This document shows, piece by piece, positions 41,393-51,228 of a stretch of DNA of 64,000 nucleotides. Numbering within the stretch: the first letter of the stretch is position 1; the number at the start of each line of letters is the position of its first letter. Below the pieces are notes generated by a model. That model searched no databases. It was not told the origin of the DNA and saw only the letters and a list, made by a program, of their open reading frames with translations. A program made the position numbers and the translations under genes. Source of the stretch: Alphaproteobacteria bacterium (GTDB lineage Bacteria; Pseudomonadota; Alphaproteobacteria; UBA828); the NCBI GenBank assembly GCA_965214705.1, contig CBDCCI010000001.1, positions 576,001-640,000 of the forward strand, in the 5' to 3' direction.

Positions 41393-42750
41393 CATAAGCG
41401 CTAACTTGTTTATCACTCTTCGACGAAGCATTCGGCGATTTGGGGCAGGCGCTGTCGGGGCGGTTCGGAGAGGGATTTGGAGATCTGGTTCCATTCGTCG
41501 ATCACCTCGGCGAGGGACAAATGGGGTTCGATGGCTCGCACGACCTGGTTGAGCATGAACCTGAAGTCACGCCAGGCGCTGTGCGGCCGGCAGCGCCTCC
41601 AGGCTGTATCCCCAGGGGGAAACCGTGCTGGCATGACGGATCAGCTTTTCCACCAGCAGCGCCACCAGGAGTTTGCCGTAGAGCCACGCCTTGGCGCTCT
41701 CGTTGTCGTATTTGGGCAGATGCCCCAACTGCGCCAGAGACTTGAAGCGCTTGAAGACCAGTTCGACCTGCCAGCGGGTGCGATACCACTCCAGGACCTG
41801 CGCCGCGCTGAAGGCCGCTTCGTGAAAGGTCGTGAACACAATGACGTAGCGCGCGAACTCCAGGGTTCGCGGCCGAACCTGTTTGCCCTTGCGCCCGGCC
41901 TCCTTGCGCAGCTTGCGCTGCGCCAGCCTGATGGCTTCCTGCGTCTTTCTGATCGCGCACACGCGACCCGGCACCGCGATGCCGTCCCCGACCGCCAGCA
42001 CGGGCCAGGATCGCACGCTGCCGACCCGCTTCAGCGTCGTGACGTGTGCAAGCAGGTCGAACGGCGCGCCGGCGCGCGTTCGAAGCGACAGCGCCCCGGT
42101 GTTCACGCGCACGGTGACATGACCCCCCGCGGACACCACGTGGTGGAGGCCCGCAGCAGTCGAGTAAGCCCGGTCGGCGAGCACAAAGTCGCCCTCGCCG
42201 ACCGGGAACTGCGCAAACGTCTCGCCCGTGCCCCGTCCCTCGCTCGCCGTGAGCTTGAAGAAGTCGCACGCCAGCGACGGAAGGCGCACGCTGTAGTGCA
42301 GGCGCCACAGCGCCCCGGTCCGGCCCGGCTCCTTCACCGTCGTCGCGTCGAAGGCCCTGACCTGGAACCCGCCATCGGCCGACATCGCCATCCCCTGTTC
42401 GCGAAACAGCGCGACGCACAACGCGTGAAGCCAGTCCCCCGACTTCCTCAGCCGCTTCAACAAGGCCACGTCGGACAGATCGGCCAGGTTCGCCTTCCTG
42501 GCACGGACCACGGTCTCGCGCAGCGAGTGTCCGCAGGCCAGATGCAGCAACAGCGTGCGCAGCAGGGCGTCGACCGACTTGTCCTTGCGCAGACCCTTCA
42601 AGGCCCCGGTCTCCCGTGCCAGTTCCCGCCAGCCCTCGGGCAGAAACAACGACACCACTTCCCACTCCTCGTCCATCCGCCAAGCCTCCCCGCAGCGCGT
42701 ACCGACCCACAATACGGATTGCCGGCGTGAGAAACAAGTTAGCGCTTATG
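41393..42750 (-). mobile_element. IS4-family element inserted in a poly-G tract
   Basis: 19-bp perfect IR CATAAGCGCTAACTTGTTT; G8 on the left and G21 on the right. Confidence 0.88.
41567..42676 (-). CDS. IS4-family DDE transposase (possible frameshift extension to 41413)
   Basis: FDAT, LADRAY, YRTRWQVELVFKRFKS (YREK motif). Confidence 0.88.
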   Translation of the reverse strand: MDEEWEVVSLFLPEGWRELARETGALKGLRKDKSVDALLRTLLLHLACGHSLRETVVRARKANLADLSDVALLKRLRKSGDWLHALCVALFREQGMAMSADGGFQVRAFDATTVKEPGRTGALWRLHYSVRLPSLACDFFKLTASEGRGTGETFAQFPVGEGDFVLADRAYSTAAGLHHVVSAGGHVTVRVNTGALSLRTRAGAPFDLLAHVTTLKRVGSVRSWPVLAVGDGIAVPGRVCAIRKTQEAIRLAQRKLRKEAGRKGKQVRPRTLEFARYVIVFTTFHEAAFSAAQVLEWYRTRWQVELVFKRFKSLAQLGHLPKYDNESAKAWLYGKLLVALLVEKLIRHASTVSPWGYSLEALPAAQRLA

Positions 42751-42774
42751 GGGGGGGGGGGGGGGGGGGGGTAA

Positions 42775-43173
42775 ATGGCTGTGAACATTCCGGTTCACCA
42801 CATTTATTTCTCGCTCGTCTGTGGGTTATTAATCCTGGGGCTCGTTGTAGAGCTGATTCGCAGGTCGCGGTTGCAGGAGCGCTACGCCGCATTGTGGATC
42901 GTGGTAGCGCTGGTGTTCATGACATATGGGTGGTGGCTTGATGCCGCGGCTGCCGTTGCGAGCTGGCTCCAAATAGCGGATGTCGTACCAGTCATACTGT
43001 TCTTGGGGATTTTCCTGTGCGCGTTGTTGATCCTGCAACTATCTATGAAAATCAGCGAATTCTCCAACAAGATCAAGAACCTGATTCAGGAAGTCTCCAT
43101 ACTCAAGTATGAGCTGAGGCTTCACAAGTCTTCAGACTCGAAAACCGATGGAGCTGGCGGTGAAGATATTTGA
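42775..43173 (+). CDS. DUF2304-family small membrane protein (GT2 partner)
   Basis: LIRR.RL.ERYA.LW, three TM segments, S..IS...KIK.L.QEVSIL. Confidence 0.8.
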   Translation: MAVNIPVHHIYFSLVCGLLILGLVVELIRRSRLQERYAALWIVVALVFMTYGWWLDAAAAVASWLQIADVVPVILFLGIFLCALLILQLSMKISEFSNKIKNLIQEVSILKYELRLHKSSDSKTDGAGGEDI

Positions 43174-44020
43174 TGCGTCGGCGCACAAGGTCGTGAGCCG
43201 GCGGTCGCCGAGAAAGATCGCGGTTCTGTCCATCGATGTGGAGCATGACTACAACGGGGCTCGAACCGACGCCTTGGATCGGCTTCCCGATCTGCTTGAC
43301 GCCGTCCGGCGCGCCTGCCTGCCGTTGACAGCCTTCGTGGAAGGGCGTCTGTTCAACGCACGTCCAGATCTGTGCACCCACCTTGAGGAGGCTGGAGCCG
43401 ACCTGCAACTCCATTGCTACGACCATAGAGAGCCCAACGACACCGCCGAGAGCCTCACCCGGGGCATCGCCGCCTTCGAGATGTTCGCGGGCGAGCGGCC
43501 GCGCGGTTACCGGGCGCACACCTATCGTCTGACGGAAGAGCATTATCGGACGCTGGTCGCTGAAGGTTTCGCGTGGGATTCGTCCATCCTGCCGGGCGTC
43601 GGCCTCGGCAATCATCCCGGCAAGGTGTTTCGCCGCGGCGACTGGTTCGTGATCGACGAGGCGCTCGCGGAGTTTCCAGTGGCAAGCTGGCGCGCGCTGG
43701 GCATTCCTTTCACCCAGTCCTACCGGCAACTGATGGGACCGTTCGCGGAGTCGCTGCTCGATCGCGCGGCTTCGCTACCGGACCTTCTGGTTTACGACAT
43801 GCACATGGTGGACCTAGTCCGCGACGGCCGGATCGGTCAGTCTCCCCTACCGTTGTGGCTGAAGGGCGCTCACGCGCTGGCACGCCGCAGACAGCGCGGA
43901 TTCGAGGACTTGGCGGCACTGGGCGAACGCCTGCGGGCGCGAGGCTATGAATGGTCCACCTTGTCGCGCTGCCATGAAAGGCTGACAGGAGGAGGCTTAT
44001 GCGGGCCGACGGCCGCCTGA
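43148..44020 (+). CDS. Polysaccharide deacetylase family protein
   Basis: LSIDVEHD, TAFVEG, HCYDH, P.GYRA, WDSS. Confidence 0.8.
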   Translation: MELAVKIFDASAHKVVSRRSPRKIAVLSIDVEHDYNGARTDALDRLPDLLDAVRRACLPLTAFVEGRLFNARPDLCTHLEEAGADLQLHCYDHREPNDTAESLTRGIAAFEMFAGERPRGYRAHTYRLTEEHYRTLVAEGFAWDSSILPGVGLGNHPGKVFRRGDWFVIDEALAEFPVASWRALGIPFTQSYRQLMGPFAESLLDRAASLPDLLVYDMHMVDLVRDGRIGQSPLPLWLKGAHALARRRQRGFEDLAALGERLRARGYEWSTLSRCHERLTGGGLCGPTAA

Positions 44021-44904
44021 TTGCGGGCCACAGTCCTGGTTTCGTCTCGGCTTGGCGGTCGGTGTATCGCGACGTCTATCGTTGGCGGCAGGAAGGCCGG
44101 TTCGCCCTCGTGCCCTCGCTCCTCGGCGCGCCGGTGTTCGCCTATCTGCCAGGCCTCAACTATGCCGACCTTAGCGCAGCCGAAGCGCGAGGGCTTGCAC
44201 GAGAGATGGCGGGCCATTCGTTCAACATCCGCACGTTGACGGCGCCGCAAGGTGAGCTGCCCTACGGCGCGCCCGCTGTTCTCAGGCTTGACCTCGCGGC
44301 GTTCGGCCATGATCGGGAGTCTGTTTGGGAACTGGCGCTGAGCCGGGCGGCTCGCAAAGCAGTCAGGCGCGCGCGCAAAGCTGGCCTCGGAGTCTCCGAA
44401 GAGACCAAACCGGCCGCGAGGGCGGCGTTCCTCCACCTGCTGTCGGTCACCCTCTCCCGGCACGGTGCACCGATGATGCCGGCGGCGCTGTTCGAAACCC
44501 TGATTGACGCGCTCGACGCCCGGATACTGGTAGTTCGCCGTGTCGGCGGCGAAGCGCTGGCAAGTCTGCTCTGGCTTCGCGACGGTCCCTCCGCCTGGGT
44601 CCCCTGGTCCGGGTCGCTACCGAGCGCCGACTGTCCAGGCAACCTGCTCTTTTGGGGGCTGATAGAACAGGCCTTGGCTGAAGGCTCGGACATCGTCGAT
44701 TTCGGCCGATCCCCGACCGGCGACGGCTCCTACCGGTTCAAACGCGGCTTTGGCGCCGTCCCCATCCCCGCCTTGTGGCTCTCCGACAAGCCACCCGACC
44801 TTTACCGCCGCTATGCGCTGGCGCAAAAGCTGTGGCGCACGCTTCCGAACTTCGCAACCGATAATCTCGGACCACGATTGTGCCGATATCTGGCGGATTA
44901 CTGA
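43999..44904 (+). CDS. FemAB-like GNAT acyl/aminoacyl transferase
   Basis: RKAVRRA.K.G, HGAP, NLLFW..I..A, DFGRS...GSYRFK..FGA.P. Confidence 0.78.
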   Translation: MRADGRLIAGHSPGFVSAWRSVYRDVYRWRQEGRFALVPSLLGAPVFAYLPGLNYADLSAAEARGLAREMAGHSFNIRTLTAPQGELPYGAPAVLRLDLAAFGHDRESVWELALSRAARKAVRRARKAGLGVSEETKPAARAAFLHLLSVTLSRHGAPMMPAALFETLIDALDARILVVRRVGGEALASLLWLRDGPSAWVPWSGSLPSADCPGNLLFWGLIEQALAEGSDIVDFGRSPTGDGSYRFKRGFGAVPIPALWLSDKPPDLYRRYALAQKLWRTLPNFATDNLGPRLCRYLADY

Positions 44905-44950
44905 TGCGCACTCCACTACGAGCGGCCATGGCGCCCGGCAACTTGGGAAG

Positions 44951-46456
44951 ATGAATTACTTGGCGTGCGCGAACCGGATTTCTGCAGTATTTCCGGTCAA
45001 AGTGCGACTGACATGGAGGGCCTTCTTCCACATACTTGTGTTAGTATTCCTGCTGAGTGTGCATGTCTATACCACTGTTACCATTCATGCGTCCCGTTTA
45101 CCCAAAATAGGCTATGATGAGTATTATTATCTCGATGCCGCTCTATCCATTTTTGATGGATCCTTTTTTTCCTCATCACGGTCGGTGGAGATCGTTCCTC
45201 TCTATCCTTTGTGGCTGAGCCTGATAATGCATTTAGACCCAGCCTTCACAGTTTTCTCGGAATGCATGGCCGAACAGTGGCATATTTCTCCCCATGAGAG
45301 AAGATTCGATTGTCCACCTTCATACAATCTCTGGCTTTATGCACAAGCCTTTCTGGGAGTCATCGGCATAACACTTTCTTGGTTTGCCGGCTGGCTTGCG
45401 TCCAAGCGTCTCATGGTCGCGCATTTTAGCGCCGTTGTTGCACTGTTGGCGGATTATTACTCATGTTACAATGCGTACTTTTATACCGAGAATTTGGTTA
45501 TCCCGCTCTTCGCTGGTGTCAATCTCTGTCTTGCCTGGTTGACGTTGAGGAAGAGGGGGAGGAGGTGGAAGACTGCAGCGGTAGCAACCGGGTGCGGTAT
45601 TATGCTGGGCGCGCTGATCCTCACGCGGCCGCCTCACGAGTATTTGCTGATGGCCTTGCTGTTTGGGGCAGCTGCCTGGATGATTTGGGATCGCTCGCGT
45701 CGCCTCGAAACTGCCGTTGCGACAACGTGTGTTCTGTTCGGCGCCTTGCTGGTGGTAACGCCCTGGATTGCCCGCAACTACGCGGATAGAGGATTTGTGG
45801 GTTTTACCGAGACATACGCTCCGGTTATTCTCGCTGAAAGAGTCAATTTCAACGATATGACTTTGCGTCAATGGACTGCCGCCTTTCTCTACTGGAGTTC
45901 GAAGGGTTACGGCCGTGATCTCGCGACGGACGTTTTTGGAGCCGAGACGGTCGCCCCTCTAGAATGGCGGCATCCTGAGTACTTTCAAAATCAGAAGAAC
46001 CGCGGACGGGAGTTATTAGTGGGCGTGGAGCCGCAAGATCGTCTAGGAGTCTTGATTGCGCACATATGGGCGGACCTTCCGAAACACCTGGCTGTAAGCG
46101 TACCCTTGGCATGGAGAGGTATGAACAGGCACAAATTCGGCATATACGGCAGTCCGAGTTGGGGTGCAATATTCTTGTTAGCAATCTCCGTGAGTCTCGT
46201 GCGAGGCACGCGGCAAAACCGGACCGTTTTGCTGGCGTTGACGTTCTGTCCGATCATCATCTTGGCGCTCAACGCTCTCGTATCGTCCAACGTTCCTCGA
46301 TATAATATCGGACTGGTAACACCCTTGTCGGTCGCGGCCGCACTGCCCATTGTCTGGGTCATCGACGGCACGTGGAACAGACTACGCCGGTGGACTCCAT
46401 GGACGGATCCGCGCACTCCGAACAGCGCAACGCATCCCCATGATGAGCCGCCATGA
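44951..46456 (+). CDS. GT-C-like multi-membrane glycosyltransferase (ArnT/PMT_2 type)
   Basis: DE..Y..A, P.YP, YTENL, G.L.LTRP, PW..RNY, PRY; lower GC than the flanks. Confidence 0.65.
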   Translation: MNYLACANRISAVFPVKVRLTWRAFFHILVLVFLLSVHVYTTVTIHASRLPKIGYDEYYYLDAALSIFDGSFFSSSRSVEIVPLYPLWLSLIMHLDPAFTVFSECMAEQWHISPHERRFDCPPSYNLWLYAQAFLGVIGITLSWFAGWLASKRLMVAHFSAVVALLADYYSCYNAYFYTENLVIPLFAGVNLCLAWLTLRKRGRRWKTAAVATGCGIMLGALILTRPPHEYLLMALLFGAAAWMIWDRSRRLETAVATTCVLFGALLVVTPWIARNYADRGFVGFTETYAPVILAERVNFNDMTLRQWTAAFLYWSSKGYGRDLATDVFGAETVAPLEWRHPEYFQNQKNRGRELLVGVEPQDRLGVLIAHIWADLPKHLAVSVPLAWRGMNRHKFGIYGSPSWGAIFLLAISVSLVRGTRQNRTVLLALTFCPIIILALNALVSSNVPRYNIGLVTPLSVAAALPIVWVIDGTWNRLRRWTPWTDPRTPNSATHPHDEPP

Positions 46457-47163
46457 TGCGCTCGGACATCAAAGCGGACCAGATCTACGACCGGTTGCGG
46501 GCCGATTTCGGCGGGGCTAGCCCCAAGGCATCGGGATACCTCTCAGAATACGCCTTTCTGCGGGAACGGGCGCTGGTACTTGAGGCCATCGGCACCGAGC
46601 CGGGCGTGACGGTCGACTTGGCGTGTGGCGCTGGGCTGGTCACGCTGCCCTTATTGGCCAAGGCCGGCCGCCGCGTCGTAGGCGTGGACTTCAACGCCGC
46701 GGCGTGCAGGCAGGCCGGGCGGAACGGCATCCAGGCGATCCGCGGCGACGCATTCAACCTGCCGCTGGCGGACGCCGTGGCGGACGTCGTGGTGAACGTG
46801 GAGTTCGCTCAGCAGTATGATTTGCAGGCCATCGAACGCATGCTGCATGAGGTAGAGCGTGTGCTTCGCCCGTCTGGCCGGCTGGTGATCGTCTGGTCCA
46901 ACCGTGCGGCGCTGGCCCATCGGATCGCCAGCGCGGTCTTGCGCGTTTTGGATCGCCTGCGTGGCCGGGCTTCGTTCGCGTTGATTGGTCATGCCCCGTC
47001 GGAGATACAAGCTGCAGGCGAAAGGTCGGGGCTCATCCCCGATCAGGTGTTTGCGATTTGTCCGCCGCTGCGCCTGCGTCTTCGCCGCGTCGACGGGCCA
47101 TTGGTTGGCCTGATCGGATCGAGTTTTGTCGCGATCTTTCGGAAGCAGGCCTCAGGAGAGTAA
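46453..47163 (+). CDS. Class I SAM-dependent methyltransferase
   Basis: VDLACGAG, GVDFN, GDA..LP, E..RVLRP.G. Confidence 0.88.
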   Translation: MMRSDIKADQIYDRLRADFGGASPKASGYLSEYAFLRERALVLEAIGTEPGVTVDLACGAGLVTLPLLAKAGRRVVGVDFNAAACRQAGRNGIQAIRGDAFNLPLADAVADVVVNVEFAQQYDLQAIERMLHEVERVLRPSGRLVIVWSNRAALAHRIASAVLRVLDRLRGRASFALIGHAPSEIQAAGERSGLIPDQVFAICPPLRLRLRRVDGPLVGLIGSSFVAIFRKQASGE

Positions 47164-47308
47164 CCAATCAGTTCGGTGATGCCGCGCCATCTCAAGATGC
47201 ACTTCTGACGGCAGCTCATCTTCCGCCAATAGCAATCCGCGAGATGATAGACGACGATGACGACCTGTCCCGATACAAGCTGGAATCTCCCGCAAAGGCG
47301 GAAGAGTT

Positions 47309-47587
47309 CTTATGGGCTCTCTCCGCAAGGCCCGACTTCATCTACTGAATGGCATTCGTGATCTCCCCATTCGCATCGGCGGCCGATGTCCAGGCAGAAC
47401 GTCTTTTCCACGCAGCGGCTCGTCACGCTGCTCAACTCTTATCCGGTTCGGAGCTCCGGCTCTCGCCGGCTCCGCGACCCCAATACCGCATCCAGGCGGT
47501 CGCGACGTTCCGGGAGGCGGGACCCATCTGTATGACGGTGCTATTCGGCGACCCAACTCATGCTCGGCCACACGCCTTGCCCGGCAT
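47309..47587 (-). ncRNA. Second IS1111 right end with candidate seekRNA
   Basis: Collinear homolog of 6097-6376 with the same outside flank GAGTT. Confidence 0.6.
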
Positions 47588-47679
47588 TGTTGTTCGGCGC
47601 GGGGGTTCGACGCCGATCAGCACGGGAACCTATTGATTTGGCATGATTCTCAGGGGTCAGAGTTGCGCTCCGAATAGCA

Positions 47680-48372
47680 GTCAAGAGCCTGATCGGCGAG
47701 AAGATCGGCCTGCACTCGCTGGGGCCGGCGGACAAGGAAGGGCTCAGGGAGCTGATCGAGAAGCAGCGGGCCAAGGCTGAACGGACCCTGGGCCGAGAGG
47801 TGCGCGTTCTGTGCTGCTACGAGGCGGGCTACGAGGGCTTCTGGCTGGAGCGCTGGCTGGACCGGGAGATGTCCATCGAGACGGTGGTGCTCGATCCGGC
47901 GAACCTGCTGGTGAACCGGAAGGCGAAGCAGCGCAAGACGGATCGGATCGACGCGAAGAAGATGGTGCGTGCGCTGCTCGCGCACGACCGGGGCGATGCT
48001 GCGGTGCTGAGCCGGGTGCGGGTTCCGAGCGTCGAGGAGGAGGATCGCAAGCGGCTGCTTCGCGAGCGCCAGCGCTTGGTGAAGGAGCGGACCTCGCTGA
48101 CCAACTCGATCAAGGGGCTGCTGAAGCTGCACGGCATCTTCGACATGGACCCCCGCGCCAAAGGGTTCGAGGAGACGTTCGCGGACACGGTGACCGCGTA
48201 TGGATCGCCGTTCCCGCCGCGGGCTCGGCAAGAGATCCCTCGGCTTGTGGAGCGGTTGTCGCTCGTGCAGCGGCAGATCGCGGAAGTCGAGGCCAAGCGA
48301 GATGCGGTGGTCCGCCAGAGCGAGGCTATCCCGGCGCCGGCCGCGCCGGAGGGAAGCCAGGAGAAGGCATGA
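47680..48372 (+). pseudogene. IS110 recombinase internal fragment (5' and 3' truncated)
   Basis: YEAGYEGFW, RKTDRIDA, LLRERQRL; paralog of 6442-7638. Confidence 0.85.
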
Positions 48373-49015
48373 CCCAGATGCGAGCGCTGACCCGGATCGC
48401 CGCCGAGGCCGGCGTCGAGCGCCTCGCGCTCATCGGCGACCGCCGGCAGCTGCGGGCCGTGGAGGCCGGCCAGCCCTTCGGCCTGCTGCAGGACGCGGGC
48501 ATGCCCACGGCCAGGATGGACGAGGTGGTGCGCCAGCGCGACGCGGACTCGCGGCAGGCGGTGCTGCACATGGTGGCGGACGAGCCGCGCCTCGCGGTCG
48601 AGGGGCTCGGCAACGGCGTCCTCGAGATGGACGGCGACGAGCTTGGCAGGAATGCGGCGCAACTCTGGTTGAACCTCGACCCGGACCTGCGTGCCGGAGC
48701 GGCGATCCTGGCGCCCACGCACGAGTTGCGCGCCGAAATCAACACCGCCGTTCGCCGCGGCCTGGCAGACGAAGGGGTGCTGCGCGGCCCAGAGCTGGAG
48801 ATCGAGCGCTACGTCAACCTCCACCTGACCCGCCCGCAGAAGGGCGACATCGCCGTCTTCCATCACGACGTGTACGGCGTACGGCGTCAAGGCAAGGCCG
48901 GCGATGCCTGCCGCGTGGCGGAGGTCGATGCCGGAGAGGGGCGCGTGGCGCTCTCCCACCCCGACGGAAGGGAGCGGCGGATCGACCTCTCCGGCTACAT
49001 CCGCTACCGCCTCGA
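48369..49015 (+). pseudogene. TraA/TraI relaxase-helicase fragment
   Basis: L.LIGD.RQL.AVEAG.PF.LLQ..GM....MDEV.RQR. Confidence 0.75.
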
Positions 49016-49100
49016 CTGCCGGACCGCCCCTACATCACCCGTGGCCCGAACTCCGGGCACGGCAGCGGACTCCCGCAATCGGCGACGGGCCGCCTCTCGA

Positions 49101-49547
49101 TCATCGCGAGTCCGAACTCTCCACGCTCGCGCGCGCACGGAGCCGGTCGACGGTTGCCGCCGCTGCCTGCTCGCCCACGAGGTCCGTCAGCATTTCCCGC
49201 AGCTCCTCCTCGCGGCCCTCGCACATCATGGTTCGCATCGTTTCGTCGACCAGCAAGGCGAGTGAATTGCGGGTGCGCGTCAGCAACGCCTCGTCCGTCT
49301 CTGCCTCTGTCGTGCGCTCCGCAATGGCGATCACATGGTCATGAAGGGTGCGCTGCTCCGCCTCGTCCAGCACGAGGCGGGGCGGCATCTCGGGTTCCGT
49401 CCCCGGGTCCACGGTGAGCCCGCACTCGACCATGTAGCGCGAGATGGACAAGCCCTTCCGCTCGGCCAGCACCCGCACGCGTCTCCAATCGGTGTCGGTG
49501 CAGGAAAGCGAGTACGCCCTTGGCCGGGTCCGGCGGCTGCGCCTCAT
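49101..49547 (-). CDS. MobC-like ribbon-helix-helix protein
   Basis: YSLSCTDTDW..V...AERKGLSISRYMVEC; paralogs at 62330-64000. Confidence 0.7.
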   Translation of the reverse strand: MRRSRRTRPRAYSLSCTDTDWRRVRVLAERKGLSISRYMVECGLTVDPGTEPEMPPRLVLDEAEQRTLHDHVIAIAERTTEAETDEALLTRTRNSLALLVDETMRTMMCEGREEELREMLTDLVGEQAAAATVDRLRARASVESSDSR

Positions 49548-49629
49548 GAATCTTCCCCGTGCTCGTCGCCGGACCTGGCGCGAGCCTCCCGGACCAGGAA
49601 GGTGAGTGCGCCGAGCGCCGATATCTCCG

Positions 49630-50173
49630 TCCCCGGTGATGCCGACGGCGTCCGCCGTCCTACCGGCCCCGGGGCACGGCCCTGGCGCTCGAGTTCCTGG
49701 TGCTGACGGGCTGCCGGTCGGGGGAGGTCCGGCTGGCCACATGGGACGAGGTGGATCTGGACTCGGAAACGTGGACGGTCCCGGCGAGCCGCATGAAGGC
49801 GAAGCGCGACCATCGGGTGCCGCTCTCAAGACGCGCGCTGGAAATCCTGCACGAAGCGCGGGAGCTCTCCGGCGGGACAGGGCTGGTCTTCCCGTCGGCC
49901 CACGGCCGGGCGCTCAGCGACAACACGATCTCCAAGCTGCTGCGGGACCTCGGGATCGAGGCCGTGCCGCACGGGTTCCGGTCCTCGTTCCGGGACTGGG
50001 CGGCGGAGTGCTCCGATGCGCCTCGAGAGGTCTGCGAGCTCGCCCTGGCCCATGTGAATTCCGATCGGGTGGAGGCCGCCTATCGCCGGACGGACCTGTT
50101 CGAGAGGCGCCGGGTGCTGATGGAGGAATGGTCGGCCTTCGTCGGACGATCCCCAGAGAGCGGCGAGCATTGA
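49630..50173 (+). pseudogene. Prophage-type integrase, catalytic C-terminal fragment
   Basis: LTGCRSGE, MKAKRDHRVPLS, HGFRSSFRDW, LAH...V.AAY.R. Confidence 0.82.
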
Positions 50174-50433
50174 GCTCGGAGGCAATTCACTCGTCGGACC
50201 AAGTTCGCGAAGGTGGCCTCCGTCCGTCTCTTGCTGCTGACCGGTTGCCGCAACCAAATGGGGCCAGCCCTACACCGCCACCGCTTCGTCTGGCGCTGGC
50301 AACTACGCTATACTTGACCGGAGTAGACACAGCGTTGAATGACGGTTATAGGGATTCGTTACCCGTCAAAAAACGGGTATCTAGAACGCACTGTCGCAAA
50401 ACGAACGGACGGCGTAAACCGCCCCGAAGCGAG

Positions 50434-51081
50434 ATGAGAAACCTCACCGATCGACAGCGTCAGACGCTTGATCTCATCAGGGCCCACGTTCGGCGACACG
50501 GATTCCCGCCGTCGCGAAAGGAACTGGCCGCAGACCTCGGGCTCAGGCATCCGTCGTCGGTGGACGGGCACCTGAGCGCGCTGCAGGCGAAGGGATGGAT
50601 CGAGCTCAAGCGCGACACCAAGCGCGGGATCCGGCTGGTCGGCGACACCGACCCCGGCGTACCGCTCGTCGACCTCGCCATGCCGATTGGAGAGATCGCG
50701 GCGGGTGATCCCATCGTCGCCGAGGATCGTATCGTGGATCAGATCCCATCGGCGGTCGCAGAGCGGTTCTCCCCGCCACCGGATTACTTCCTGACCGTTC
50801 GCGGTGACAGTATGAACCGCACGGGGCTTCGCGACGGCGACGTGGTCGCGATCCGCGCGACACCCGAGGCGAGGCACCGCGACGTGGTCGTCGCACGGTT
50901 CGGCGACGAAGTGACGCTGAAGCGCTTTTTTCGGCGCGACGATCGGCACGTGGAATTGCGCCCCGACAGCCGCAACCCCGAGCACAAGACGATCAAGATT
51001 GACCTCGCCAAGCACATTCTGCACATCGACGGCGTTGCGGTCGGTGCACTCATCGGGCGGTTCGACGACACGACCGAATGA
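50434..51081 (+). CDS. lexA: LexA-family repressor
   Basis: LT.RQ..L..I......G.PPS..E wHTH, IAAG cleavage site, GDSM serine, TLK lysine. Confidence 0.88.
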   Translation: MRNLTDRQRQTLDLIRAHVRRHGFPPSRKELAADLGLRHPSSVDGHLSALQAKGWIELKRDTKRGIRLVGDTDPGVPLVDLAMPIGEIAAGDPIVAEDRIVDQIPSAVAERFSPPPDYFLTVRGDSMNRTGLRDGDVVAIRATPEARHRDVVVARFGDEVTLKRFFRRDDRHVELRPDSRNPEHKTIKIDLAKHILHIDGVAVGALIGRFDDTTE

Positions 51082-51228
51082 ACCAACGAAGAGGTTGAGC
51101 ATGTTCAACAAGGCGGGAACCGACGAACTGTGGCAAGCCACAAAGGGGCTACACGGAGACAACGTCACATGGTGAAGCAAAGCGGGAGGAGGAAACCCGA
51201 GTGACGGATGCCTTAGGGAACGAAGCCA

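Noticed and set aside
49606-51081. 491-aa ORF as an extended LexA
   Set aside because: The upstream part is an off-frame read over an integrase fragment; LexA homology begins at 50434.
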